From NCBI GenBank assembly GCA_036867785.1, contig CP145421.1, positions 124,001-188,000 of the forward strand: a DNA stretch of 64,000 nucleotides, read 5' to 3'. A model generated the notes under the pieces. That model worked only from the letters and a program-made list of their open reading frames with translations, did not search any database and was not told the DNA's origin. Shown here piece after piece: positions 43,546-54,974 of the stretch (its first letter is position 1; each line of letters starts with the position of its first letter). Source of the DNA: Plasmodiophora brassicae (lineage: Eukaryota). The position numbers and the translations under genes are program-made.

Positions 43546-44796
43546 ATGCGGCTTATGAGCACCCGGAAGGGAACACATGTCATGCCGCTAGCCGCGTCGC
43601 TGCTGATCCTGACCGTCGTTCTCCCTGGCATCCTGGATGTCGTCAGGGCGCACCCATCGGACGAAGATATCGCTGGTGGCAGTATCGAAGCCACAACCAT
43701 CAACAACTGGGACGACATCGCTTCCTATCGTACTGTGCTACCGGAGCAGTCCTTTCTGCGCCTCGTCTACAGCGCTCCTGGCCTGGTCAGACTCGCGCAA
43801 CTGGCGACTACCAACGAAAGGCAGGTCATCTTGGAGGGACTTCGTGAGAGCCTGCTCTATGGATATCACAGTATCGGGAGCTGGGCCTGTGAGAAGCAGT
43901 GGGACAAAGGTCAGACGCTTCTGCAGTGGGCCTCTTTTCATGGAGAGACGGCTATTGTGGAGCTCCTGCTGAGTGCCCCAGGAATTAACGTCCATGTGGC
44001 GGATTGGACACTGCATCGGACGCCGTTGCACTGGGCATCGTACCGAGGACAGCCTGCCATTGTCAAGATGCTGTTGGCGGCTAGCGGTATGGACGTCAAC
44101 GCACGCGACTACGAGCACAAGACGCCGCTGCATTTGGGAGTGGAGAACACTGACGCCAAAGTCGTCAATTTGCTCGTGCAAGACGCTCGCACGGACATCA
44201 ACACCGTCGACCAGGACGGGAAGACACCTTTGCAGTACGCCATTGAGAGTTGGCGGTCTGCAGACGCGTATTCCGGGAGTACACGTCAACTTCGTCGCGT
44301 CATCAAGGCGCTGATCGGTGCCGGTGCCATCGACGTCGGAACGGCACGGTACACGGCATTGTACTGGGCCGTGGACAATGGCCTGCAGGATATCGTCAAG
44401 CTGCTGCTCCAAAAGGGAGTCGACGCCAACCACGGTGGACCTTCTCGTTCAACGCCGTTATGCAAGGCTGTCAAGAAAGACCTCCATCACATTGTCAAGA
44501 CGCTGCTGCGGCACCAGGGAACCGATGTCAACGTTGGGAACCCGTTGCTACTGGCCGTCCAGAAGGGTCACTGGGCAATTGCTGAGATGCTGGTCAAGCG
44601 CGTCGATATCGATGTCACTTCGCAAGGGGTCCGCGACGCGATGCAGTTAGCCAAACTATGTGGCCATTCACAGCTGAAGTCGTTGCTAGAGACCGGGCGG
44701 AGCGCTGGTCGTCGCCCGAGGAAGGGACTCTTTGGGAACCCATGCCTCTCGATGGACTGCTTCGATCCCGATGCTCACATTCGCCCTTCGCACTAA
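43546..44796 (+). CDS. Secreted ankyrin-repeat protein ANK4
   Basis: Intact ORF, MPLAASLLILTVVLPGILDVVRA, ~7 ankyrin repeats. Start codon uncertain among three Met. Confidence 0.92.
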   Translation: MRLMSTRKGTHVMPLAASLLILTVVLPGILDVVRAHPSDEDIAGGSIEATTINNWDDIASYRTVLPEQSFLRLVYSAPGLVRLAQLATTNERQVILEGLRESLLYGYHSIGSWACEKQWDKGQTLLQWASFHGETAIVELLLSAPGINVHVADWTLHRTPLHWASYRGQPAIVKMLLAASGMDVNARDYEHKTPLHLGVENTDAKVVNLLVQDARTDINTVDQDGKTPLQYAIESWRSADAYSGSTRQLRRVIKALIGAGAIDVGTARYTALYWAVDNGLQDIVKLLLQKGVDANHGGPSRSTPLCKAVKKDLHHIVKTLLRHQGTDVNVGNPLLLAVQKGHWAIAEMLVKRVDIDVTSQGVRDAMQLAKLCGHSQLKSLLETGRSAGRRPRKGLFGNPCLSMDCFDPDAHIRPSH

Positions 44797-45605
44797 ACAT
44801 CGATGCCCTTTGACTGCTTGACAGCCTGCATTAGAAACCTCCAGCCTTACTGTTGACATGCGCAGATAGCAACCTGCATATGATCAGGCATGTACTGGAC
44901 AAGCGACATGGAGAGACCGGTCGAGACGTCGGGGCTGCAGTGACAAACTACATGCGAGCAATAACGTGTCTCACGATTTGTGATCCAGCTATAACTGTTC
45001 TCCAGGGCAGCCAGCAACAAACCCTTCCGAAACGCCAGAGAAGCCGACGCCAACGAAGGGAGGGCATGCAAGCCCATCACACCACGACCGCGCGCGGTAT
45101 CATGTAGCCGGCTCGTCACCGTTCACCCTCGTTCTGCGGAATCTGACATCGCAGTATCGGCGTTAAAACGGCATTGCGCAGGGGGTTCGTCATTTCGTGC
45201 TATCGGTCTGTCCCTCGTTTGTGTACGCGACCGTACGGATGGAGCCACGACCAGTGTGGCCGGGGTTCTGATCACGCGCCTTCCCGATTCACAATATTGG
45301 TCGCTTCGACGATGCCTGCAAGTGTTGTTCGTTCCGTACGTATCCGGCGCTGGTGGAGATGGGCGGATAACGCGTCGTACGCCTCTGCCCCGATATACGG
45401 GGGCGCCTTAAGGTAACACTTAAGAGGTCCGTGGCGGCGTCCACGTCGGAGCAGTTCAGGAACGTGCGGCGCACATCCCCGCGACGAGGTGCCACCTCAG
45501 AGGAACCATTACAGTTATCTGTCGGCGTTGGGCATATCGGCAACGCCACCTGAAGCGCGCGTGACTGGACCGCACTCATCTGGAACGGGCACAACGTGCG
45601 CCAAT

Positions 45606-46685
45606 ATGTTCATCGGCAATCGCGAGCGATCCAGTGGTATGCCCCAGCTAGCGTCGACGTCGCTGATCCTGATCGCCGGCGTGCTCGCCGTGGTCCATCT
45701 GCCTGCCGTCAGGGCGTATCCTTCTGACGATGATGGCGACGGGAATTCGTACCAGCCTGGGCAGCAATCGTCGCAGGCGATCGTCGACGGCATGGCGCGC
45801 CTCAAAGAGGTTGCAAGTCATAGCCAGGAAAGGCTGGAAACCTTCCAGACACTCCATCGCCGGCTGCGCTCAAACAACGTCGCCTTCATCAACTTGGAGT
45901 CATGGGGCAATGGTCAACCGCTGCTGCACTGGGCCGCATACCATGGAGAGGCACAGATTGTCACGTTTCTGCTGAGCCTCCCCAGTATTAACGTCAATGC
46001 GGTGGCGGGAACTTCGGCACATACGCCGCTGCATTGGGCCGCGCTTCGAGGGCAGCCTGCCATCGTCCGGTTGCTGCTGGCCGCTCCTGACATCAACGTC
46101 AATGCACGCGACGCGACGCAGAAGACGCCGCTGCATCTGGCCGTGAACAACGTACAGGTCGAGGTCGTCTCCGTGATGGTTGGAGCCCCTGGTATTAAAG
46201 TCAATGCCATCGACGGGAAGGGGTGGACGCCGCTGCAGTACGCGATCGGCGGTTGGCGCAGGTACGCGTCGGATGAGCTGCGCGTTATCATCGAGACGCT
46301 GGTCGGCACGCGCGGCGACGTCAGCAAGAATGTCGACTACACGCCACTGCTATGGGCCGTGTTTTACAACCTTCCGGCCATGGTCCACCTGATGCTCGAC
46401 ATGGGCCACATCGATGTCAACGCTGGCAACCCATTGCTGCTCGCCGTCAGCGCAGACCGTTTCGATATCGCGAAGATGCTCGTCGAGTCGCCCGGGCTCA
46501 AGGTCGACACGTCCGCGTTCGACAAGGCGCTTAAGGTGGTCACGACGCGGCCGGACTGCTCAGAGGTCGCGGATCTGATGCGGAGCAAGGCCGGGCGCGC
46601 CAGGCGCTCCACGTCGAGGCGTTTCAAAGGCTCGTCGTGCATCGGCATGGACTGCATCCCCGATGCTCACCGCTCGTCGCGCTGA
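45606..46685 (+). CDS. Secreted ankyrin-repeat protein ANK5
   Basis: Intact ORF, signal peptide ending AVRA, ~6 ankyrin repeats. Confidence 0.92.
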   Translation: MFIGNRERSSGMPQLASTSLILIAGVLAVVHLPAVRAYPSDDDGDGNSYQPGQQSSQAIVDGMARLKEVASHSQERLETFQTLHRRLRSNNVAFINLESWGNGQPLLHWAAYHGEAQIVTFLLSLPSINVNAVAGTSAHTPLHWAALRGQPAIVRLLLAAPDINVNARDATQKTPLHLAVNNVQVEVVSVMVGAPGIKVNAIDGKGWTPLQYAIGGWRRYASDELRVIIETLVGTRGDVSKNVDYTPLLWAVFYNLPAMVHLMLDMGHIDVNAGNPLLLAVSADRFDIAKMLVESPGLKVDTSAFDKALKVVTTRPDCSEVADLMRSKAGRARRSTSRRFKGSSCIGMDCIPDAHRSSR

Positions 46686-46882
46686 ACCCCGTTCTGGGTC
46701 TGCACACGAATGTCCGCGACTGCAGCGCCGGACGTCGTGCGCGAATTATAAACGGTAACTGGGGAACTACCTATCCCACTTCGGCAAGTCCGCGCCGCCG
46801 GCCACACCACCATGTGAGTGTGCCCCGGGCCCGGGGGCCTCCCCAACGCTCCAATTAGGAGTCGGTCCGTCGCGCGACCGTC

Positions 46883-48032
46883 ATGTCGGCGCTGCGCCGG
46901 CATCTGTACCCGGCCATTGAGCCGTACGCGACGTACCGGCTGCCGGTCTCGCCCGTGCACACGCTGTACGTCGAGGAATGCGGTCGACGCGACGGGCAGC
47001 CCGTCGTCGTCCTGCACGGCGGCCCCGGTGGCGGCCTGCAGCCGTACTACCGGCAGTTCTTCGACCCGTCCCACTACCGGATCGTCCTGTTCGACCAACG
47101 GTACACCCGCGGGTCCCTCCCTCTCTGCTGCAACGGCGCGCTCGTTGAACAATGCGGCGCAGCGGAAGTGGGAAAAGCACGCCGCACGCCGACCTGCGGG
47201 ACAACACGACCTGGGCCTGCGTCGACGATATCGAGCGCATCCGGGCGCATCTGCAGATCGACAAGTGGATGGTGTTCGGCGGCAGCTGGGGGTCCACCCT
47301 CGCCCTGGCCTATGCCGAATCGCACCCTGGTCGCGTCACCGCCATGGTCCTCCGGGGCATCTTCACGTTGCGACGCTCGGAGCTCCTCTGGTTCTACCGT
47401 ACGCCGCGACACGTCCAACCGTCACGTTGCGTCCTGAATCGTCGTTGCGCAGAGGAGGGCGCCAGCCACATGTTCCCGGAGGCGTTCGACGCGTTCGCCA
47501 GCGAGATCCCCGCTGTGGAGCGCTGCGACCTGATCGGCGCCTATCATCGGCGGCTGACGGGCGACGACGAACACGTTCGCCAGCGAGCCGCCCGCGCGTG
47601 GACCACTTACGAGATGGCGACGAGTCGCCTCCTGCCCGACCCCGACTATGTCCAACGCGGCAGCAACGATGCGTTCGCCCTGCAATTCGCGGTACGCCGC
47701 GCCTGGCCCATCCGTTCTTGTGTTCGCGCCCGCTTACGATCGTTGTCCAGCGCATCGAAAGCCATTTCTTCGTGCACGGCGGGTGGTTCGAATCGGACGG
47801 GCAGCTGATCGACCGGGCGGGCCTGCTGAAGGACGTCCCCGGCATTATCGTGCAAGGGCGCTACGACGTCGTCTGCCCTGCACGATCCGCCTGGCAGCTA
47901 TCGCGCGCCTGGCCCGCCTCCCGACTCGTCATCGTCCCCGATGCGGGGCACACCGCCAAGGAGCCCGGCATCATCCACGAGCTCGTCGAGGCCACCGACC
48001 ATTTCCGGCACCATCGCAGCGCCTGCCCTTGA
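46883..48032 (+). CDS. pip: Proline iminopeptidase (S33), 4 exons
   Basis: LHGGPGGG, FDQRGSGKS, FGGSWGS, QGRYDVVC, AGH; three short GT-AG introns. Confidence 0.95.
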
Positions 48033-48112
48033 CGGCGAACGCGCTACCGACGCTTCCATAAAGACGCTGTGGCGGGGGGTGGTGGCCCGGGACGACCCGC
48101 AGGCATCACGGT

Positions 48113-50920
48113 TTACAGAGACGAGTCACACGCCGGACGGTCCAGGGCGCGCTGCTGGCCATCGCCTGGGACCAGGTCGGTGACCGAGCTGCGAGGCGAC
48201 CTCTGGTCCAGGTCGGACAGGTCGCCGGAATCGCTGGGCGCCCGCGGGCCGTCCTCCGTCACCGTGCTGGCCGTATCGTCGTCGTCCGTGTCCGGCGCGG
48301 CGCCTGCCGCCAGCACCGACGCCGACTTGCTGACCGACATCAGGCGCGACGACCCGCGACGCTTCGTCAGGCCTTGATGGGACGCGCTCTTGACAACGCT
48401 GTACGCCCAACGGGTCAGTCGTCAGACGGTGTGCGACGACGACCGTTGCGCCACCGACCCTCTATCTGGCATGACCGACGAATCGCCCTCGGTCATCGAT
48501 GCATCCAGCGCGACGAACAGGCCCGACGGCACCGCCAGGTACATCCTGTTCAGCGTGTGCAGGAACGAGTGCGATGGCAGGCGATCCGTCATGGCGATCG
48601 TGTCGGGCGCGTGAGGCAGAACGCGCGACGCCGCCAACGACAGGTCGCTGACCGGCAGCGTGCAACCGACCTGGGCCATCACCTCGACAACGCCAGCGAA
48701 CGACACCTGCGATCGTCGCGTCAGCGTTGCGCGCCTCGAGCCGGGGGCCACCACCCTAAGCACCATGCCGTCCGGATCGCGACGCTCCTGCAGGCCCCGT
48801 CGAATCCCGTGCTGGAAGTCCAGGATCTCCTCGACGAACTGGTTGCGGATCATCTCCAGGAACTATATAACGGGGCGGGTGAGCGCGTCGGCGCCCAGCA
48901 ACACGGTGACCTACGTCTGTGCGGGGGGCCGCCCGATTCAGCACGCTCCGGTAGTCGACGAGGAAGCCGGCCTCGCCGCTCTTCTGCAGCGCCTTCACGT
49001 ACATGGCCCGCGCCTCCTCCGACTTGTTCGGGAAGACGCGCGCGCATTGCTCCAGGAAGACGCCTGCGCACGTGTTCACCGCCGCGCCGGTCGGCCACTG
49101 CCCAGACGAACAACAACGCGTACCCTTGGGCACCTTGCCCGACGGTCTCCCTCGGACGCGCCTGTCGACCTGCACCATGGCGGCCAGCAGCGCGTCCTCG
49201 ATCGTCGCGATCACCCGCAAGGCGTCCCAGTGGATGCGCACGCGAATGATCTGACATCGGCGGCGGGGAGGGTCACAACGGCGGGCGCACGCAGCACGAG
49301 GGTGCGGACGCACCTCGAGGAGCAGGGCGCAATCCGAGTTCCACCGGTACCGGTCGAGCGCATCGGCCAGGTTGTAGGCGAGGTCCAGGCCGTCGACGGC
49401 TGACCCATCGTCGACCTTGCTGCGGATCCAGTCGGTCAGGACCAGCGACGGGTCCGTCGACGCGGGCGCCTGGCTCTCCCGGAACGCGAACACGTCCCTC
49501 GCCATCTTCAGCGTCTGCTTCAGCGTCCAGTTCCGGTTGCGAACGCGCACGGCGCCCAGCTCGACGGGCACGCCCAGCCACGACGGCACCTGTAACCGCG
49601 ACCGTCGTCAGCGACACGATCCGTCACGACGACACGCCGGCCTACCATTGGCGTATCGGTGGGGTGCGCGTACAGGAACCGGTGATTGGACAGAGGCGAG
49701 ACGTGGAGGTCGACCGCTTGCCCTTCCGTCCGGTCCCGCTGCCCGTGCAACGTGACGTTCAGGTCGTCCATCGTCCTGACGCGACCCTGGAGCGTGTCGA
49801 GGATACGCGCGACCTTGTCGCGGGACGGCGCCGGCCCGGCCACGTAGTCGGCGCCGCCACAAACGCGGTACACGAGGTCGTACCTGTCGTCACGCCTGCT
49901 CCAGTCGGGCCGGGGCGTCCGACAGCGCATGGCGTCGGACAGCTGGTCGGCCGTGGCGCCCAGCTCGTCCTTGACCTGGGCGAGGCGCAGCAGCCCCATG
50001 TTCTTCGCCTGGTTCTCCTTCTTGTACCGGGCCAGGTACGCGTCCCGCTCCCGTACCGCGTCGTCCAGCTGCGCGATCAGGCGGTCGCGTTGCCGGTACG
50101 CCGTCTCCAGCTCGTTCCGCATCGTGTCCTCGGTGGCAATCTCAGAGATGGCCGCACTGCCGACCGCAACCGTGAGCGGGTCCGCTGCCGAGGAGGAGCG
50201 CACGGCGACGACGTACCTTTGCTGGGCAGCGGGTGTCAGACGACTCGGGTCGAAGTCCACCTGCGACAGGAGCTTCTGCTGCTGGCTGTGCGCCACCGTC
50301 ACCCGCTGGCATTCGGCCAGGGCTGCAGAGCAGAACGCAGGCATCAGAGCACGGTCCGGTTCGTGGCGGGACCCTGACCGTCGTCGGCGACGCGTCGCTG
50401 CTCGATGGCCTCGAGTTCCGCCTCGAACACGGCGCGCTCCAGGGCGGTTTTCTCCTGCGCCAGCCTGTTGTTCTCGTCCTGGTACCGATGCAGGTCCAAT
50501 TGCAACTGGCGAACACGGGATTGCAGGCCCGATACCAGCTGCCCCTGCTCGGCGTGCGACGTCGTCAGGGCCGCCCACTCTGCCCTGCGGGAACAACACC
50601 AGCAGCCCGGTGATCAGAACGCGCGCATTCCTCACCATACCGAACGGGCCCAACCGCTGTCGCTGGAGGTCAGTCTCCAGATCGCGTAGGCGGCCCTGCA
50701 ACTCGGCGTTCCGCCCGCTCAGGCAGGCAGCCCGTTGTCGGGAATCGTCTCTGAGGCAAGGCAGCGCTCAGCACGGATTGTCGGGGACGCGCGTGCGGGC
50801 CCAGGCGCACGCTATCGTCTGCGCGTCGGCGGCACGAGACGCGTATGTGTGACGACGTTGCCCGTCAGCAGGTTCGTCGGTGTAGACAGCGGCGTCCAGG
50901 ATCGTGATGACGGTGCCCAT
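48113..50920 (-). CDS. TSNAXIP1-like coiled-coil protein (multi-exon; start approximate)
   Basis: Coiled coils, TPRPDW motif, VRNRNWT.KQT, AYNL.DAL.RY..NSDC.L; many short introns. Confidence 0.6.
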
Positions 50921-51490
50921 GACGTCACCGATCCCGTACAGCGACCCGACCTGATCTGCAACGCCAATCAGGACGAAACCCCTCCCCCGCGCTTCGTAGC
51001 GATGCCTTCGGCGACTAACGTAGGGTCTCGAACGCTAGCCGGACGGACAGACCCGATTGCAGGACCGCGCGTGGGAAATCGCCACGAGATTCGTCGGCGC
51101 CGACCCGCCCTGACTGATGGCACAGCGCCTCCCGCAGCCGCGTTAGCAATTGCAACGCTGGACGCCGGTTGTCATCATCGTGCCATCACAGCAGCGCACG
51201 CGCACTGACATGATGATCGCCACCGCGCGCTGTGCCGGCTGATCGACATGCTTCAGTACGGCGGTCGGCGTCGTCGCCCTCTATACGTGAGAGTACCTTG
51301 TCGGTGGTCCATGGGCAGACGGAGACCCACGGGCCGACGTCATGTGCCACCTGACGACACCCACTACCAGGCAGACGATCGCCGCATGTACCGTTAAGTA
51401 AAACGGCCAACGGCGCCCCGCGCTGAACCTCTACCTGGAGCGGTCGCCAGACCAGCCTTACCCTACATTAACACAGCGAAACGTACGCCG

Positions 51491-54400
51491 CTATCGGCGC
51501 CTGCTGCCTCGCCCGGTGTCCTTTGGTTTGCGGTCGCCTTGGCGGGACTCGCTCATCTCCTTCAACTACGTTGCCAGGTGACGAACCGCTCGACAAGGGG
51601 AGCACTGCGGCTGACCTTTTTCTCCAACGACGACGCGACGTAGGTGCGTTTGGTGCCAGACAGAGGCGGTTGGCCGGTGGGGCGCGCGTTCTGCTGGGTC
51701 CACTGCGACCGAGCGCCCGCCTGGGCCGCTCGACCACAGCCATGCACTTCGGCGAGGGCGTGCTCCATGCAGAACGCCAGATGGCAGAACCGGCAGATGG
51801 AGCGAACCGTCAGCGTGCTCCTCGGGCATCGCTCGTGGCCGCAGCGCCCAGGGCGAATATTCAGATCGGCTAGCTGCTGTTCGACCTCATCGACACCTGC
51901 TGCAGGAGCATCGGCGTCTTGCGCGGCACTCGCCTGCGCCTTCTTCTTCTTCTTGCGCACCCGCTTGTTCTTGGACGGCTTAACGGCGGCAGCGGGGGTG
52001 CGCGTCTCATTCTCAGCAACACCGTCTTCCTCATCGTCGCCGTTGCCGTCCTCATCTTCGACGACCAGTACGTCGGCAATCTGGATGCGGTCCTGTGCAG
52101 AAGGCGCCGCCGCTGCTGGTGCCCGATTGGCAACCGGTGGGTCACGACGGGGCCGCCGTACCCAGCAGTACCGGTCGCGGTCGGCCCCCGAGCTGCCATG
52201 CTGCAGGCCACATTCCTCAGCGAACTGGTGGACCTCCATGCGCTCGTAGGACGACAGCGACGCCGGGAACGATACCTCCTGCCCGGGACGCAGACCCCGG
52301 ATCGTCGCTCTCGCGGATTCCATGTCGAACGTCGACGCGGGTGGCCGGTCAGCGATCTTGGGCGCCCCCGTCTCCGCAACCGCCTTCCTCTGCAACTGCC
52401 GCCTCTGCTTGGCCGACAGCCTCGCCTTGCCACCCTGACCGGCACCATCGCGTGCCGACGGTTCAACAGCAGGCACGTCAGCACCTTGGTCACACTCGTC
52501 GCACTCCTCGTCGTCGTCGTCGTGGTCGTACTCAGCAGCCGACCGGCAGTCGGCGACCGAGCGCAGGTGTTGCACGAATCGTTGCAGGAACGGCAACCGT
52601 GAGACGGTCGTCGTGTCGCAGACGACGGCGAGGTGTCGGCGCGCCCGCGTGACCGCGACGTTCGTGCGTCGCTGGTCGTCCAGGAACCCACAGCGCCCGT
52701 CCGGGTTCGATCGCACCATCGTGATGATGACGGCGTCCTTCTCGCGGCCTTGGAATCCGTCGACCGTGCCAATCTCGATACGGTCCCGAACAGGGCCGCC
52801 ACAGGCGTCTGCAACGGCGTCCCGGCACGATCCAACCTGCCGGTTGTACGGCGACAGAACGCCAATCTGTTCGGGTTGTACGCCGGCCGCCAGCAACGAT
52901 CGGACATGTCGCGCAACCAGACGAGCCTCGTTCTTGTTGCCTTTGGATTCGTCCGCATCGTCGTCGTCCTCCTCGAACCCACAATCCGCCGTGTCGATCA
53001 GGACGAGGGCCCGACTCGTGTCACGAGTCTTCTTGACGTCAGGCAGGTCCGACAGCAGGTGATGACGGACGGCGTCGGAAGGTACCAGGCGGCCGTCGTA
53101 GAACTCATCCGACGACCACTTCTGTATGCTTTCGTGCATGCGGTACTGCTCCTCGAGCATGACGACAGCGGGTTCGGGCGCAATCGCATGGATGCGCTCG
53201 AACATGGTCGGCAGGACGACTTGCGACTTGACGGTGGGCGCCAGCTGTTTGTGGTCGCCTGCCAGGACCAGTCGCTTGCAGAGCAGCGCAGGGATCCAGC
53301 AGTGCGGCTCTAGGGCCTGCGCCGCCTCGTCGATAATACACAGATCGAACTGTCGCCCACGAAGGTCGCTAGCGCCCGCGCCGACACAGGTCGACAGGAC
53401 GACTTGCGCCTTGCCGACGACCGACTCGACTGCACGTGTCTCCATGGCACGGAGGTCGGCCCGTAATTGCCGATACTCGAGGCGACCGGGATTCTGTCGC
53501 ATCTCGGCGCGAATATCATTGGCCAACTTGGAACCTTCCGATCGCGCAACCTGCGTCGAAACACGAACCGCAATCAGGTCTCACGCGCCTGCACAACGAC
53601 GACGATAGACCACGACGTACCAGTTCGTCCAGGGAGTGATCCAGCACCGATGGAAGAAGCCTTGCCGGGTGCCCCGTGCGAACCAAACGGATTCTAGGGA
53701 CCACAGCGGCCAGACGTTCCGTGATCGTGTCAACGGCGACGTTCGACGGGGCGCAGACCAGGACGCTCATTCCCGTGCGGACGGCTGCTTCGATGATGGC
53801 GACAACGACGGTCGTCTTGCCACACCCGGGCGGCCCGTGGATCAATGCGACATCGGTTGACGCCATTGCACAGCGAACGGCATCGCGCTGCCGCTCGTTA
53901 AGCGATGACAAGATGCTGCCGGATATCTGATCGAACGTCGGCAGCGCATGCGGAACCGCGATTGGGCGTTCAGCGAGCAGGACGCAGCGCACGTTGTAGG
54001 CCGGCGATGACGATGGAAGCCTTTCGGCATCCTGCAGAGCCTGTCGACTGCGGCGGAACGTGACCTCGTTGCCAACTCTACAGAGCGGTGAACATCCGGT
54101 ACGAGAGATTACAGGGGCGCAGGCAGCGCGCGCTTACTTGACAATGACGATGGTGAATCCCGTGCTCATGTTTTCCTCCTTCAGTTCATCGCAGGAAACG
54201 GTGATGACCTTATAACGAGGATTAGATGCTGGCAGTGCTTCTGGTCGGACCAGAGTATGCAAACGTACCTTCTTGCTGATTCGCTGGACGATGGCCTGCT
54301 CGACGATAATACTGGAAGCGGTCCGTACTTGTACAATGTCCCCCGAGGAGATGCGCGTGGCAGGCAGGTCGGCGTCGTACTGCAACGCCAGGTCCAGCAG

Positions 54401-54577
54401 CGTCCTCGCCCGCAACCCGCAGCGCGGCGTCCCGGACACGTGCAGGCGCCGAATGGCCTGCCCCGCGCGCTCCAGTGCCCTATACGACTGGCGCTGCAGC
54501 AGCGCGCCCACGCTCGCATTCGTCTCCGCGTCCTGCTCCGCCGTCACCAGCTCGCGCAACGACGACAGCAACGACAT
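51491..54577 (-). CDS. IGHMBP2: SF1 helicase SMUBP-2 with R3H and AN1 zinc finger
   Basis: HGPPGCGKT, APSNVAVD, DEAAQ, GDHKQL, QYRM, TVDGFQGREK, NVAVTRA; R3H (ERMEVHQFAE); AN1 (CRFCHLAFCMEHALAEVHGC). Confidence 0.93.
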
Positions 54578-54974
54578 GTCCGCCGCGTCACGGCCGCGTT
54601 GCAGTTCGCCAGTCCCGAGGGCGCACTTTCGACTTTGCCCTGGACTGCGAGCTGCACGACGATTTCGACCCCTGGACTGCGAGCTGCATGACGCGTACTC
54701 GGTAGCTGCAATCGCCACTGTGCAACGGGCCGGCTGCTCGGGGACGGGTTTCGGCCATGTGGGGCAGGGCGGCGGCGGGCGGCGCGGCCGTTATCTGTCC
54801 AGTGACTGCCGAGCGGGGCGGGGTCCGCCGGATCACGCCAAAACCGAACCCTGGTCAGTCGTGGCGCACCCCGATCGGCAGGATCGGGTGGCCGCAACCA
54901 TTGCCGGCGTCAAGCGCAGCCGACCGAGGCGGAAGTCATCGGCCGAGGCGCCCGCCGCGGCCGACGACGCCGGC

